Assembly (NCBI GenBank): GCA_905233855.1
Contig: CAJOGA010000007.1
Coordinates: forward strand, 1-48,425
Length of the DNA: 48,425 bases
Source of the DNA: an uncultured Clostridia bacterium
Lineage (GTDB): Bacteria > Bacillota > Clostridia > UBA1381 > CAJOGA01
Reading direction: 5' to 3'
In this document: one piece after another, positions 1 through 8,792 of the stretch
Layout: the number at the start of each line of letters is the position of its first letter
Position numbering within the stretch: position 1 is the first letter of the stretch
Notes under the pieces: generated by a model
Databases searched by the model: none
What the model was told of the DNA's origin: nothing
What the model saw: the letters and a program-made list of their open reading frames with translations, nothing else
Made by a program: the position numbers and the translations under genes

Positions 1-95
1 AAAATCAAAAGATGCCTTGGGTTGTTGAAAACGGCGGCAGCGTTACCATAGAAAACTCCGATCTGTTGGAAGGCTACAGCATTATTTATAAATAA
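1..95 (+). CDS. 3' end of an unidentified CDS entering from upstream of the window
   Basis: Frame 3 is open from the window edge to TAA at 93-95 (..NQKMPWVVENGGSVTIENSDLLEGYSIIYK*). A hairpin terminator follows 20 nt later. The fragment is too short to name. Confidence 0.4.
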   Translation, partial: NQKMPWVVENGGSVTIENSDLLEGYSIIYK

Positions 96-110
96 TAAAC
101 AAGATATATT

Positions 111-141
111 TAAAGGTCGCAGCAAAATTGTTGCGACCTTT
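111..141. terminator. Hairpin terminator shared by the convergent partial CDS and the RAYT gene
   Basis: GGTCGCAGCA (115-124) pairs with TGTTGCGACC (129-138) with one G:U pair. It is flanked by AAA on one side and TTT on the other. Confidence 0.6.
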
Positions 142-655
142 AATCATTATAAAAACAATCCGATTCCCATTTTAAAGGGTTTGTGTCTATGTATTCCCAT
201 ATTTTACGATAATCTTTCTCTCCGCGGATAATGTGGTCATGGAATGACCGTTGCCAAATTTTATCAGAGTATGTATTATGTATTTTCTTTGACACATTCA
301 TTTTCAAGAATCCCACTATTTTATCAATAATGGAACGCTGATATTGTAGGGGCGATTCACGAATCGCCCGTTTTTCATCATCATTATTGTTAATTTCTAT
401 GATCAAATGAATGTGATTCGGCATAATCACATATTTAGGAATTGACACATTAAACCTTTCAGGTAATATTTCGATAATTTGTTCCACATATTCTCCATAT
501 TCCGTTAATTGATTTTCGGGCAATTCGTGAATTGCCCCTACAATATTTGAAAATAAACATTTTCTGTTATGTGTGCATATCGTGATAAAATACGCACCCG
601 GTGTGGAATAATTATATTCTTTTAATCTTGTCGGTTTTCGTTTTGGTAAATTCAA
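140..655 (-). CDS. REP-associated tyrosine transposase-like protein (RAYT; Y1 / IS200-IS605-type HUH transposase fold)
   Basis: 171-aa ORF. It has an HUH motif in VIMPNHIHLII, the N-terminal YSTPGAYFITICT, and the C-terminal WQRSFHDHIIR..YIDTNPLKW region that carries the catalytic Tyr. It starts on TTG 4 nt after the amidase stop. Confidence 0.85.
   Translation of the reverse strand: MNLPKRKPTRLKEYNYSTPGAYFITICTHNRKCLFSNIVGAIHELPENQLTEYGEYVEQIIEILPERFNVSIPKYVIMPNHIHLIIEINNNDDEKRAIRESPLQYQRSIIDKIVGFLKMNVSKKIHNTYSDKIWQRSFHDHIIRGEKDYRKIWEYIDTNPLKWESDCFYND
341..370 (+). repeat. REP-like element copy 1: GTAG plus 9-bp-arm palindrome, inside the RAYT CDS
   Basis: Sequence is ATATTGTAGGGGCGATTCACGAATCGCCCG. 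The arms GGGCGATTC (350-358) and GAATCGCCC (361-369) are complementary. GTAG sits at 346-349. Confidence 0.75.
517..546 (-). repeat. REP-like element copy 2, inverted relative to copy 1
   Basis: The reverse complement reads ATATTGTAGGGGCAATTCACGAATTGCCCG. Arms are at 518-526 and 529-537. It differs from copy 1 only at the two partners of one stem base pair. Confidence 0.75.
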
Positions 656-659
656 TTCT

Positions 660-2267
660 TTATTCCGGCATTTTTAAGTTCTCAAGTGTTTTCAATATGC
701 CGTCGGCTATGCCTTGAGCAAATTTCATGCGTCCTTCATCATCGGCAAGCACTTTGAGATCACCGGGATTGGATATAAACGCTGTCTCAACCAGCACCGC
801 CGGCATGGCAGACCTTTTTAACACAGCAAACCCCTCGGTGTCCTGACGCACGCCCCTGTCAACAGTGTCCAGATATTTCATAAGACAGGTCTGTACGTTT
901 TTTGCAAAATCATAAGACGTTACGCCATACCCTTTCACCGACGCATTCTGATTCGGATTATAATATGTCATTGTTCCGCCTACAGAGGTATCGTTCAACG
1001 AATTACAGTGTATGCTGACAAACAACGCCGCATCCAGCTCGTTTGCCACCTTCGGTCGGTCTACCAGCTCAACTCTTACGTCCGTGGTCCTTGTCATAAC
1101 AACTTCCACACCGTGTTCGGTAAGAATCTCTTCCAATTTTAATGCCATATCTAAATTAAAATCTTTTTCTTCATACGTTTTTCCGTCCGCACTGCCCAAT
1201 GCACCCGGCTGATTGCCGCCGTGTCCTGCATCAACCACTACAATTTTACCTTTGTATACATCCGATGTAACAGGCGTAGGCTTAGGCGATGCTGACGGTG
1301 ATGCAGTCGGCTTTGCCGACGAATCTGATTCATTTGCGTATACTTCTATTGTTACAACTTTTCCTGAAGAACTGTGGCTTATCTCGAAATCGCACTCTTC
1401 ATCGGTATCTATAACAAGTCTTGCAGAGTTTTCGTGCTGACCTAAACGTATTGCGTTAAACCCGTCTTTATTTATCGTATATCCTTCTGCCGTTGCGGAT
1501 ATAACAACATCTTCAAAATCAATTATTATCCTGTCAGGCTCAACCATCGTGAAATATGTATATTTTACTTTTTTATCAAAAGTCAGCTTGACTGTGAGGG
1601 TGTCATTCTTCAGAGAGTACGACGTGGTTTTCCAAACGATCGACGGTGTTACCGTAGGTGTCGCCGTGGGCTTACCTGTAGGTGTCGCCGTGGGCTTACC
1701 TGTAGGTGTCGCAGTAGGCTTTGCCGTAGGAGTCGGTGTCGGCTTCACGGTTGGTGTAGGTGTAGGCTTTTCGCCGTTGTATGCTATCATTATAGAACCT
1801 GTGGATTCATCAAAATCAACATCCATACCAAGATTTTCGCCCACAAAACGTATCGGCACCATGGTTTTGCCGGTTATAACGCCGTCAATTTCCGTCGCTA
1901 TTATCATAGGAGCCGCCTCTAACTGCAATTTTTTGTTGTCCACAGTTGCAATCGGATCGTTTATAGTCATTTCCACCTTATGTGTGTTCAGCGAAACACT
2001 TACCCGTTGGGTAGATGCTTCCCAATCCACCTTTGCCCCAAGGCTCTCAAACACCTCTCTTGCCGGCACAACAGCTCTGTCATTAAATATTATCGGCGGC
2101 ATAGGCGGTTTAACCTGTTTACCGTTGATAACAAGATTGAATATGGAGCCTTTGTAGTCAACCATAATTCCGTTATATGATATTGTCAAAGCAGAACACA
2201 CCGTCTGCAGCATAAAAGACGTCAGCAGCATAACTGTTAAAAATACAGCTGTAATTTTCTTTTTCAT
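660..2267 (-). CDS. N-acetylmuramoyl-L-alanine amidase (Amidase_3) with signal peptide, copper-amine-oxidase-like N-terminal domain, Pro/Thr linkers and an AMIN-like domain
   Basis: The C-terminal region has VVDAGHGG..GA, SIHCNS and VLVETAFISN, which are Amidase_3 motifs. The N-terminal region has VPAREVFESLGAKVDWE, a stalk-type motif. The leader is hydrophobic. Confidence 0.9.
   Translation of the reverse strand: MKKKITAVFLTVMLLTSFMLQTVCSALTISYNGIMVDYKGSIFNLVINGKQVKPPMPPIIFNDRAVVPAREVFESLGAKVDWEASTQRVSVSLNTHKVEMTINDPIATVDNKKLQLEAAPMIIATEIDGVITGKTMVPIRFVGENLGMDVDFDESTGSIMIAYNGEKPTPTPTVKPTPTPTAKPTATPTGKPTATPTGKPTATPTVTPSIVWKTTSYSLKNDTLTVKLTFDKKVKYTYFTMVEPDRIIIDFEDVVISATAEGYTINKDGFNAIRLGQHENSARLVIDTDEECDFEISHSSSGKVVTIEVYANESDSSAKPTASPSASPKPTPVTSDVYKGKIVVVDAGHGGNQPGALGSADGKTYEEKDFNLDMALKLEEILTEHGVEVVMTRTTDVRVELVDRPKVANELDAALFVSIHCNSLNDTSVGGTMTYYNPNQNASVKGYGVTSYDFAKNVQTCLMKYLDTVDRGVRQDTEGFAVLKRSAMPAVLVETAFISNPGDLKVLADDEGRMKFAQGIADGILKTLENLKMPE
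1657..1776. repeat. 24-bp tandem repeat array encoding the KPT(A/P)TPT linker of the amidase
   Basis: GGTGTCGCCGTGGGCTTACCTGTA is repeated perfectly at 1657-1680 and 1681-1704. About three progressively degenerate units follow. Confidence 0.8.
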
Positions 2268-2364
2268 ATCAAACTCTTTCCTTAAAACTCAGCTGTCAGC
2301 AAGTGCCGGTTCCTCGAACGGTATTATGCCGCCAAAAGAAAAACCAAGCCTTCGACATCTGCTC

Positions 2365-3390
2365 TTAATCTATATCATTCATTGATATTTGCGTATCGTT
2401 ATTGTTGTTATAAGGTATGTTGAAATGTTTGTATGCAAGCGGTGTCAGAACGCGTCCGCGTGGAGTTCGTGAAATAAAGCCAAGCTGCAAAAGGTACGGC
2501 TCATATACGTCCTCTATCGTGTTTGCCTCCTCGCCGATAGATGCCGCCAACGTTTCCAGACCCACAGGCCCTCCGCCGAAATTTTGGATAATGGCATTTA
2601 TCATACGTCTGTCTATAAGGTCAAGACCTTTTTCGTCAACCTCCATCATATTAAGTGCAAGATCGGCAATTATCTGTGCAAAGTCTCTGACACGTTTCAA
2701 CAGACGGTTGGCTATACGCGGTGTGCCGCGTGAGCGTTTTGCAATTTCCAAAGCACCGTCCGGCTGAATATCAACATTGAGTATTTTAGCCGAACGTGTA
2801 ACTATTTTTGTAAGCTCCTCGTTAGTGTAAAGCTCCAAACGGTTTATCATACCAAAGCGGTCGCGCAGAGGTGCGGTCAACAGACCTGCACGCGTTGTCG
2901 CACCGATAAGGGTGAATTTCGGCAGATCAAGACGTATAGACCTTGCCGACGGACCCTTGCCGATTATAATATCCAATGCATAGTCCTCCATGGCAGGATA
3001 CAGTATCTCCTCAACAGTACGGCTTAAGCGGTGTATCTCGTCTATAAACAAGATGTCGTGCTGCGACAAATTTGTTAAAATAGCCGCCAAATCGCCGGCT
3101 TTTTCTATGGCAGGTCCGCTTGTTATGCGTATATTAACGCCCATCTCGTTTGCAATTATGCTTGCAAGCGTTGTCTTCCCCAGCCCCGGCGGTCCGTACA
3201 GCAGCACATGATCCAGCGACTCATTGCGTTGTTTTGCGGCGTCTATAAAAATTTTCATATTTTCCTTCGCACGCTGCTGACCTATGTATTCGTCCAGACT
3301 ACGCGGTCTGAGCGACGTTTCTATATCTTCGTCGTCGGATATAAATTCGGTTGTTATAATTCTGTCCGACATATTTTCATCAAAATTCAT
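2365..3390 (-). CDS. ruvB: Holliday junction branch migration ATPase RuvB
   Basis: Shows [12 protein letters not shown], Walker [10 protein letters not shown], Walker [10 protein letters not shown], and the C-terminal [25 protein letters not shown]. Confidence 0.95.
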   Translation of the reverse strand: MNFDENMSDRIITTEFISDDEDIETSLRPRSLDEYIGQQRAKENMKIFIDAAKQRNESLDHVLLYGPPGLGKTTLASIIANEMGVNIRITSGPAIEKAGDLAAILTNLSQHDILFIDEIHRLSRTVEEILYPAMEDYALDIIIGKGPSARSIRLDLPKFTLIGATTRAGLLTAPLRDRFGMINRLELYTNEELTKIVTRSAKILNVDIQPDGALEIAKRSRGTPRIANRLLKRVRDFAQIIADLALNMMEVDEKGLDLIDRRMINAIIQNFGGGPVGLETLAASIGEEANTIEDVYEPYLLQLGFISRTPRGRVLTPLAYKHFNIPYNNNNDTQISMNDID

Positions 3391-3427
3391 TTCTCAACAA
3401 TCCTTTCGGCTGTGTTTGCAGATGAGA

Positions 3428-4033
3428 TCACGACTTCATCAGCAACTTTAACGCCTGCTTGATTATTTCCTCTATCGTCATGCCGTCATCGGCAAACGAA
3501 TCTACAGCTCGCCTTGCCTCGGCAGATGAATAACCCAAAACCATCAATGCTGTTACGGCCTCGTCCTTTGTGCCGGACGGTACCGCTCCCGATTGAGCAT
3601 CGGCAGAAGCGTACAAATCGTCCAGCTCTTTGCCTTTGAACTTGTCCTTCAGCTCAAGCACTATGCGTTGGGCAAGCTTTGGTCCCACGCCCGGTGATTT
3701 TGTGATTGCTTTAACATCGTTTGTAACAACGGCAATGGCAAACTGTGCTGACGAAATGGTGGACAGTATGGACAGTGCAACCTTTGTCCCCACGCCCGAC
3801 ACCGATATCAGTATCTCAAACATACTGAGTTCCTCGTTGGTGGTGAAGCCGTATATATCCAGCACATCTTCACGTGTATGTACATATGTGAACATTTTCA
3901 CGTTTTCGCCGGTTTGATTGAGCTGTTGTATGCTCGACAGCGATGTGTAAATTTTATATCCAACACCGCCGACGTCTATAACCACAAAGTTACTGCCTTT
4001 AAACGCCAGCTTTCCGTTTATATAATAGAACAA
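3428..4033 (-). CDS. ruvA: Holliday junction DNA-binding protein RuvA
   Basis: The N-terminus is MFYYINGKL..VVIDVGGVGYKI and HhH motifs (SVSGVGTKVAL, SPGVGPKLAQRI) are present. It lies immediately upstream of ruvB. Confidence 0.95.
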   Translation of the reverse strand: MFYYINGKLAFKGSNFVVIDVGGVGYKIYTSLSSIQQLNQTGENVKMFTYVHTREDVLDIYGFTTNEELSMFEILISVSGVGTKVALSILSTISSAQFAIAVVTNDVKAITKSPGVGPKLAQRIVLELKDKFKGKELDDLYASADAQSGAVPSGTKDEAVTALMVLGYSSAEARRAVDSFADDGMTIEEIIKQALKLLMKS

Positions 4034-4098
4034 GGCTTTTCCTCCTTTGACAGATACATTATCTTGCAGTAGTTAAACAAATTCCGCCGTTTGATTTA

Positions 4099-4932
4099 TC
4101 AGAAATTGTCCTCTTCCTGCTTTAATATTTTGCCCTCCAGAAGCAAATTTTCCAATTCCGGCTCATCATCTGCCGCTATGGCATCTCTGTACTTACCAAG
4201 CGATGCTATTATTGTATCCAATTCAAACAAAATATTATCTTTATTGTTCATAAACAATTCTGCCCACATGCCGGTATTAAGATATGCAACTCTTGTCAAA
4301 TCCTTATAGCTGCCTGCCGACAAGCCGTTACGCTCCTTCACCGACGGACTTTTCATATACGCATTTGACACAATATGTGCCAGCTGCGACGTGAAGGCTA
4401 TTATTTTGTCATGATGCCGGGGCGTCCAAAGGGTAAAGTTAGCGAATTTCAAAGGCATCACAGCGTTTGTGGCACGTTCTATCAAAGCATTGTCGTTTAA
4501 ATCAGGCGGCACGAACGCCATTGTCGCCCCAAAAAACATATCCTCTTTACTGTTGGCAAAGCCGCTGAACTGAGTGCCTGCCATAGGATGTGCCCCGACA
4601 AACGCAAAGCCGTAGTCTTTTGCCAACTCAAAACCAAGCTCACACACCTTTTCCTTGATACCGCAGGTGTCCATAACCAACTGCCCTTTTTGGAATTTGC
4701 ATGCATTTTCCTTCAGATACTCCACAGTTGCACCAAACGACAGTGCTATAATCACGCAATCGCAGTCTTTTATTAAGTTATCGGTCAACACGCCGTCAAC
4801 AGTTCCCGTAAGCGTTGCCGTTTTCATTGTTGTATCGTCTTTATCCAAACCGTAAACCGTATGATTTTCCTTTTTATACGCTTTGGCAAACGAACCGCCT
4901 ATAAGGCCGAGTCCGACTATTCCAACTACCAT
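4099..4932 (-). CDS. tyrA: Prephenate dehydrogenase
   Basis: Has the N-terminal Rossmann motif VGIVGLGLIGGSFA and the GAHPMAG motif. Length is 277 aa. Confidence 0.85.
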   Translation of the reverse strand: MVVGIVGLGLIGGSFAKAYKKENHTVYGLDKDDTTMKTATLTGTVDGVLTDNLIKDCDCVIIALSFGATVEYLKENACKFQKGQLVMDTCGIKEKVCELGFELAKDYGFAFVGAHPMAGTQFSGFANSKEDMFFGATMAFVPPDLNDNALIERATNAVMPLKFANFTLWTPRHHDKIIAFTSQLAHIVSNAYMKSPSVKERNGLSAGSYKDLTRVAYLNTGMWAELFMNNKDNILFELDTIIASLGKYRDAIAADDEPELENLLLEGKILKQEEDNF

Positions 4933-5083
4933 TTAACATACCTCCATAGGTGTTGGCATACCTTTATAGGGTAAACCTTCGGTTATTATTGTAGCACAAG
5001 TGTTTGTTTATATCAACATCTTTTAAAAATCTGTAATTTAAGCGTAAAATAACGCATACAAATTAGACGAGGAGTGAATTTGT

Positions 5084-5674
5084 ATGACAAAAGATATGTT
5101 TTTTATTCCGGGCCGCACGCCGAAAAACTGTATCGGCTTTTTTGCGGTATTAGGTATATTTCTTATCGGTGTTGTTATAGGCACGGTTTCATGTGCAATG
5201 ATGCCTGCATCACAAGACACAACCATAAGCAGCTATATAAGTTCAGCTCTCAGTGTCGCACCCGCGTCCAAAAACGCTCTTATAATTCGGGCCTTTGCGG
5301 AAAACGCGGCTTTGTGCACCGTAATATTTTTATTATCCTTCACACCCATTGGCTTTGTATCAACAGGAACCATTCCTGCTTTGAAGGGCTTTGCTTACGG
5401 CTACACCTGTGCCGCATTGATAAAATATTATCATTGGAAAGGATTTTTTATGTCCACGCTGTGCCTTATGCCTAAAACAATTCTGCAATTTGCAGCTCTT
5501 AGTGTGTTTTGCGTTATGTCCTTTAATTTCTGCTCCGAAGGTATTAAAAACACAAGGATACGCGGTCAGACAAAGCGGTTTTTTATCAGCTCGGTCGTTG
5601 CGTTTTTATTGCTTTGCTTTATATCAATGTGCGACATATATATAGGCGGCACACTATTGACAAAACTGCATTAA
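5084..5674 (+). CDS. spoIIM: Stage II sporulation protein M-like polytopic membrane protein
   Basis: 196 aa with about 5 TM segments and the overall SpoIIM/DUF95-like layout. It lies next to a sporulation-type DD-carboxypeptidase. The call rests on resemblance only. Confidence 0.55.
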   Translation: MTKDMFFIPGRTPKNCIGFFAVLGIFLIGVVIGTVSCAMMPASQDTTISSYISSALSVAPASKNALIIRAFAENAALCTVIFLLSFTPIGFVSTGTIPALKGFAYGYTCAALIKYYHWKGFFMSTLCLMPKTILQFAALSVFCVMSFNFCSEGIKNTRIRGQTKRFFISSVVAFLLLCFISMCDIYIGGTLLTKLH

Positions 5675-5820
5675 ACAAATAAAGATTTATGTCTTTGCAA
5701 AATTTCCTTGCCTGTAAATTTGGAAAAATACACAGGCACAACAATCTCTTATCATTTTTTGTTCCGCCGATAAGAGAAAAATATTTAATGCCGATGCGGA
5801 ACGGCGGAATGGAGACTATG

Positions 5821-6963
5821 ATGGAAAGATATTTTCAAAAATGTTTGGCTGCGTTCATGGCGGTTTGTATGTTATTGTGCACCAACGCATACGCTGAGGA
5901 CAACAACGTTGCACTTAATATAAAAGCAAAGTCCGCCGTACTTATGGAAGCAAGCACAGGCACGGTGTTGTATTCGGAAAACAAAGACGAACGTCTGCCT
6001 CTTGCCAGCGTTACAAAAATTATGACAATGCTTCTGATCATGGAAGCGATAGACAACGGCAAAATAGCGTTGACCGATATGGTCAGCGTGAGCGAACGTG
6101 CTATGAGCATGGGCGGATCGACAATGTTTCTTGAAACAGGTGAACAGCTCAGTGTGGACGATATGCTCAAAGGCATAGCCGTTGCATCGGCGAACGACGG
6201 CTGCGTTGCAATGGCAGAACACATCGCCGGCACGGAGCAGGAGTTTGTGAACATGATGAATACACGTGCCAAAGAACTTGGTATGGAAAACACAAATTTT
6301 GTGAACACGAACGGTCTTGATGCCGACGGGCATTATTCCAGTGCGTACGACATCGCCCTTATGAGCCGTGAATTACTGAAGCATCCTGCGATATTCAACT
6401 ATACCACAATATGGATGGACTCATTGCGTGATGGCAAAACACAGCTGTCAAACACAAATAAGCTTATCCGTTTTTACAGAGGTGCAAACGGGTTAAAAAC
6501 AGGCTCAACATCAAAAGCGTTGTGCTGTCTTTCGGGAGCGGCTCTGCGGGACGGCATGCAGCTTATAGCGGTGGTTATGGGAGCTCCAACGTCTGCCGAC
6601 AGGTTCAGCGATGCACGTGCGTTATTGGATTACGGATTTGCAAGCTATGCCGTGAGCGAAATTTTAACAGCCGGAGAAGAAGCGGGAACTATAAATGTTT
6701 TAAAGAGTGAAACGGAACAAATACCGGTCATAACAGCAGACAAATTCACTCTTTTGAGCAAAAAAGGTGAAAAAGGCGAAATAGAAAAAGAGCTTGTTTT
6801 AGAGCAAAGCTTAACCGCTCCTGTGCAAAAAGGGCAAAACGTAGGCAAGATAATTATAAAACAAAACGGCAACGTCATAGGCGAGGTTTCGTTGCTCGCC
6901 GATTCCGATGCCGCAAAGATAAAATATTCATCAATGCTCAAAAAGATATTTGCAAGTTGGTGA
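5821..6963 (+). CDS. Serine-type D-alanyl-D-alanine carboxypeptidase (PBP5 family)
   Basis: Has SxxK (ASVTKIMT), SxN (ASANDG) and KTG (LKTGST) motifs. The start is chosen at ATG 5821, which has GGAG 6 nt upstream and yields the signal peptide MERYFQKCLAAFMAVCMLLCTNAYA. The ORF track starts earlier, at 5689. Confidence 0.9.
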   Translation: MERYFQKCLAAFMAVCMLLCTNAYAEDNNVALNIKAKSAVLMEASTGTVLYSENKDERLPLASVTKIMTMLLIMEAIDNGKIALTDMVSVSERAMSMGGSTMFLETGEQLSVDDMLKGIAVASANDGCVAMAEHIAGTEQEFVNMMNTRAKELGMENTNFVNTNGLDADGHYSSAYDIALMSRELLKHPAIFNYTTIWMDSLRDGKTQLSNTNKLIRFYRGANGLKTGSTSKALCCLSGAALRDGMQLIAVVMGAPTSADRFSDARALLDYGFASYAVSEILTAGEEAGTINVLKSETEQIPVITADKFTLLSKKGEKGEIEKELVLEQSLTAPVQKGQNVGKIIIKQNGNVIGEVSLLADSDAAKIKYSSMLKKIFASW

Positions 6964-6968
6964 AAATT

Positions 6969-7006
6969 ACGGCGTGCCGAGAAGCTTGTCGGCACGCCGT
7001 TTATTT
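6969..7006. terminator. Bidirectional intrinsic terminator between convergent genes
   Basis: ACGGCGTGCCGA (6969-6980) pairs perfectly with TCGGCACGCCGT (6989-7000) and is followed by TTATTT. Confidence 0.75.
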
Positions 7007-7010
7007 GACT

Positions 7011-8792
7011 TTACAGTTGTTCCATAAACTTATACTGTGCCGAATACAGTCTGTAATACGCACCCTGCTTCTGCATAAGCTCGTCATGTGTGCCGCACTC
7101 TATAATGCGGCCTTTGTCTATGTACATTATCTTGTCGGAATTAATAATGGTAGACAGTCTGTGTGCTATAATAAACGATGTTCTGCCCTCAAGCAATCTG
7201 TCAAGACCACGCTGAAGAGCCATTTCGGTTTCGGTGTCTATACTTGAAGTCGCTTCGTCCAGAATAAGTATTTTAGGGTCGGCTAAAAGTGCCCTTGCAA
7301 AGCTTATAAGTTGTCTCTGACCGACAGACAGTCTTGAACCGCGTTCATTTACCTGTGTATTGTAGCCGTCTTTCAGGGTTGAGACAAATTCGTCCGCACA
7401 GACAACTTGTGCCGCTTTTTTTATTTCATCATCCGTTGCGTCAAGCTTGCCGTAACGTATATTGTCGGCTATTGTTCCGGCAAAGATGAATGTGTCCTGA
7501 AGCATAACTCCCATCTGCTTTCTCAACGAATCAAGCTTAACGGTGCTTATATCGTGTCCGTCTATATAAATATTGCCTTCCGTAACATTATAAAAACGGC
7601 TGATAAGGTTAACGATTGTGGATTTTCCTGCCCCCGTCGGCCCGACCAACGCAACCGACTCGCCCGGATTGACGGTAAAGCTTACATTTTTCAGTATCAT
7701 CTGCTTAGGTTCATAGGCAAAGCTTACATTTTTAAATTCCACCTCACCCTTTACAGGCGGCAAAGTGTAGGCGTTTGGTAAATCCGAAACGGTTATCGGT
7801 TCGTCCAGCAATTCAAACACACGTTCCATATACGCCATTGCGTTGGTTATGGAGTTATAGAAGTTGGAAAGGTTTATAACCGGTCCCCAAAACATAGTTA
7901 TATACATTGAAAAAGCCGCAAGCATACCTATTGTTATGCCGTTATTCATGTTATATATTCCAAACACATATAAAAAGCATGTTGCAATTATGCTCGCAAG
8001 GTCTACCATAGGCCAGATAAGGAAGGCGATTTTTTGTGCGTGCATCCATTTATCATGCGTTTCACGGCAGCGTTCGTCGAATATGTTTTCGTTTTCCTCT
8101 TCACGTGAAAATGCCTGTGTAACACGCATGCCGGCTATGCTTTCATGTATATACGCGGTAAGATTGGAATTTTTTGAGCTGTAGTCCTGCCAAGCCTTCC
8201 TGAGCGATGTTTTAAGGAAAAACACCACGCATATAAAAACAGGCAGCGGCGACATAGCCACTAAAGCAAGCTTCCAGTTGGAAAAAACCATAACAAACGT
8301 TATCACAATAAGCGTAAACACGTCTGTTATAAGGTTTATAAAACCGTTCGACAATATGTCGGACAAGGAGTTTACATAATTTATAACTCTGACAAGTATC
8401 TTACCGTGCGGTCTTGAGTCGAAATACGAAAACGGCAGTTTTTGAAGATGCTCAAACACATCCTTTCTTAAATCACGCACCATTGTGTTTCCGATAAGAC
8501 CTGTCATTCTTATTTTATAGCGTGATATCAAAGCTGTTATTATCAATATAATCAAAAACGCCGTTCCAAGCAAAATCACGCCTTTATAGTCGCCCGCAGG
8601 AATACACACGTCTATGGCGGTTTGCAAAAGCCGAGGATTGGATATTGATGCCACACCCGAAATAAGCATTAATATGATAACAACTATGACGTTCTTTCTG
8701 AACGGCTTCATATATTTTGCCAAACGTTTCAGATAACTTAAATTAAATTCGCCCTCTAATCGTTCGTCAACGTCTATCTTATTTCTTGCCAT
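7011..8792 (-). CDS. ABC exporter, fused permease/ATPase subunit (type I exporter, MsbA/multidrug-like)
   Basis: Six-TM N-terminal half, Walker A GPTGAGKST, signature LSVGQRQ, Walker B ILILDEATS. The start is set at ATG 8792 (MARNKIDV), with GGGGG 8 nt upstream. It overlaps the preceding gene by 14 nt. Confidence 0.9.
   Translation of the reverse strand: MARNKIDVDERLEGEFNLSYLKRLAKYMKPFRKNVIVVIILMLISGVASISNPRLLQTAIDVCIPAGDYKGVILLGTAFLIILIITALISRYKIRMTGLIGNTMVRDLRKDVFEHLQKLPFSYFDSRPHGKILVRVINYVNSLSDILSNGFINLITDVFTLIVITFVMVFSNWKLALVAMSPLPVFICVVFFLKTSLRKAWQDYSSKNSNLTAYIHESIAGMRVTQAFSREEENENIFDERCRETHDKWMHAQKIAFLIWPMVDLASIIATCFLYVFGIYNMNNGITIGMLAAFSMYITMFWGPVINLSNFYNSITNAMAYMERVFELLDEPITVSDLPNAYTLPPVKGEVEFKNVSFAYEPKQMILKNVSFTVNPGESVALVGPTGAGKSTIVNLISRFYNVTEGNIYIDGHDISTVKLDSLRKQMGVMLQDTFIFAGTIADNIRYGKLDATDDEIKKAAQVVCADEFVSTLKDGYNTQVNERGSRLSVGQRQLISFARALLADPKILILDEATSSIDTETEMALQRGLDRLLEGRTSFIIAHRLSTIINSDKIMYIDKGRIIECGTHDELMQKQGAYYRLYSAQYKFMEQL

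Noticed and set aside
1657-1776. Possible CRISPR-like periodic repeat
   Set aside because: The units are contiguous with no spacers, they are in frame, and they encode a Pro/Thr linker. This is a coding tandem repeat, not a CRISPR array.
1549-2157. 202-aa plus-strand ORF with GVAVGLPVGV repeats
   Set aside because: It is the antisense shadow of the Pro/Thr linker and body of the amidase gene. It is repetitive and low-complexity, has no RBS, and lies fully inside a well-supported CDS.
5689-5820. N-terminal extension of the DD-carboxypeptidase ORF; similar extensions occur at 8793-8873, 10594-10626, 12050-12130, 22770-22814, 37985-38038 and 41411-41446
   Set aside because: In each case an internal ATG with a proper Shine-Dalgarno gives a canonical N-terminus (a signal peptide or the conserved start). 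The longer forms overlap upstream genes or start on weak codons.
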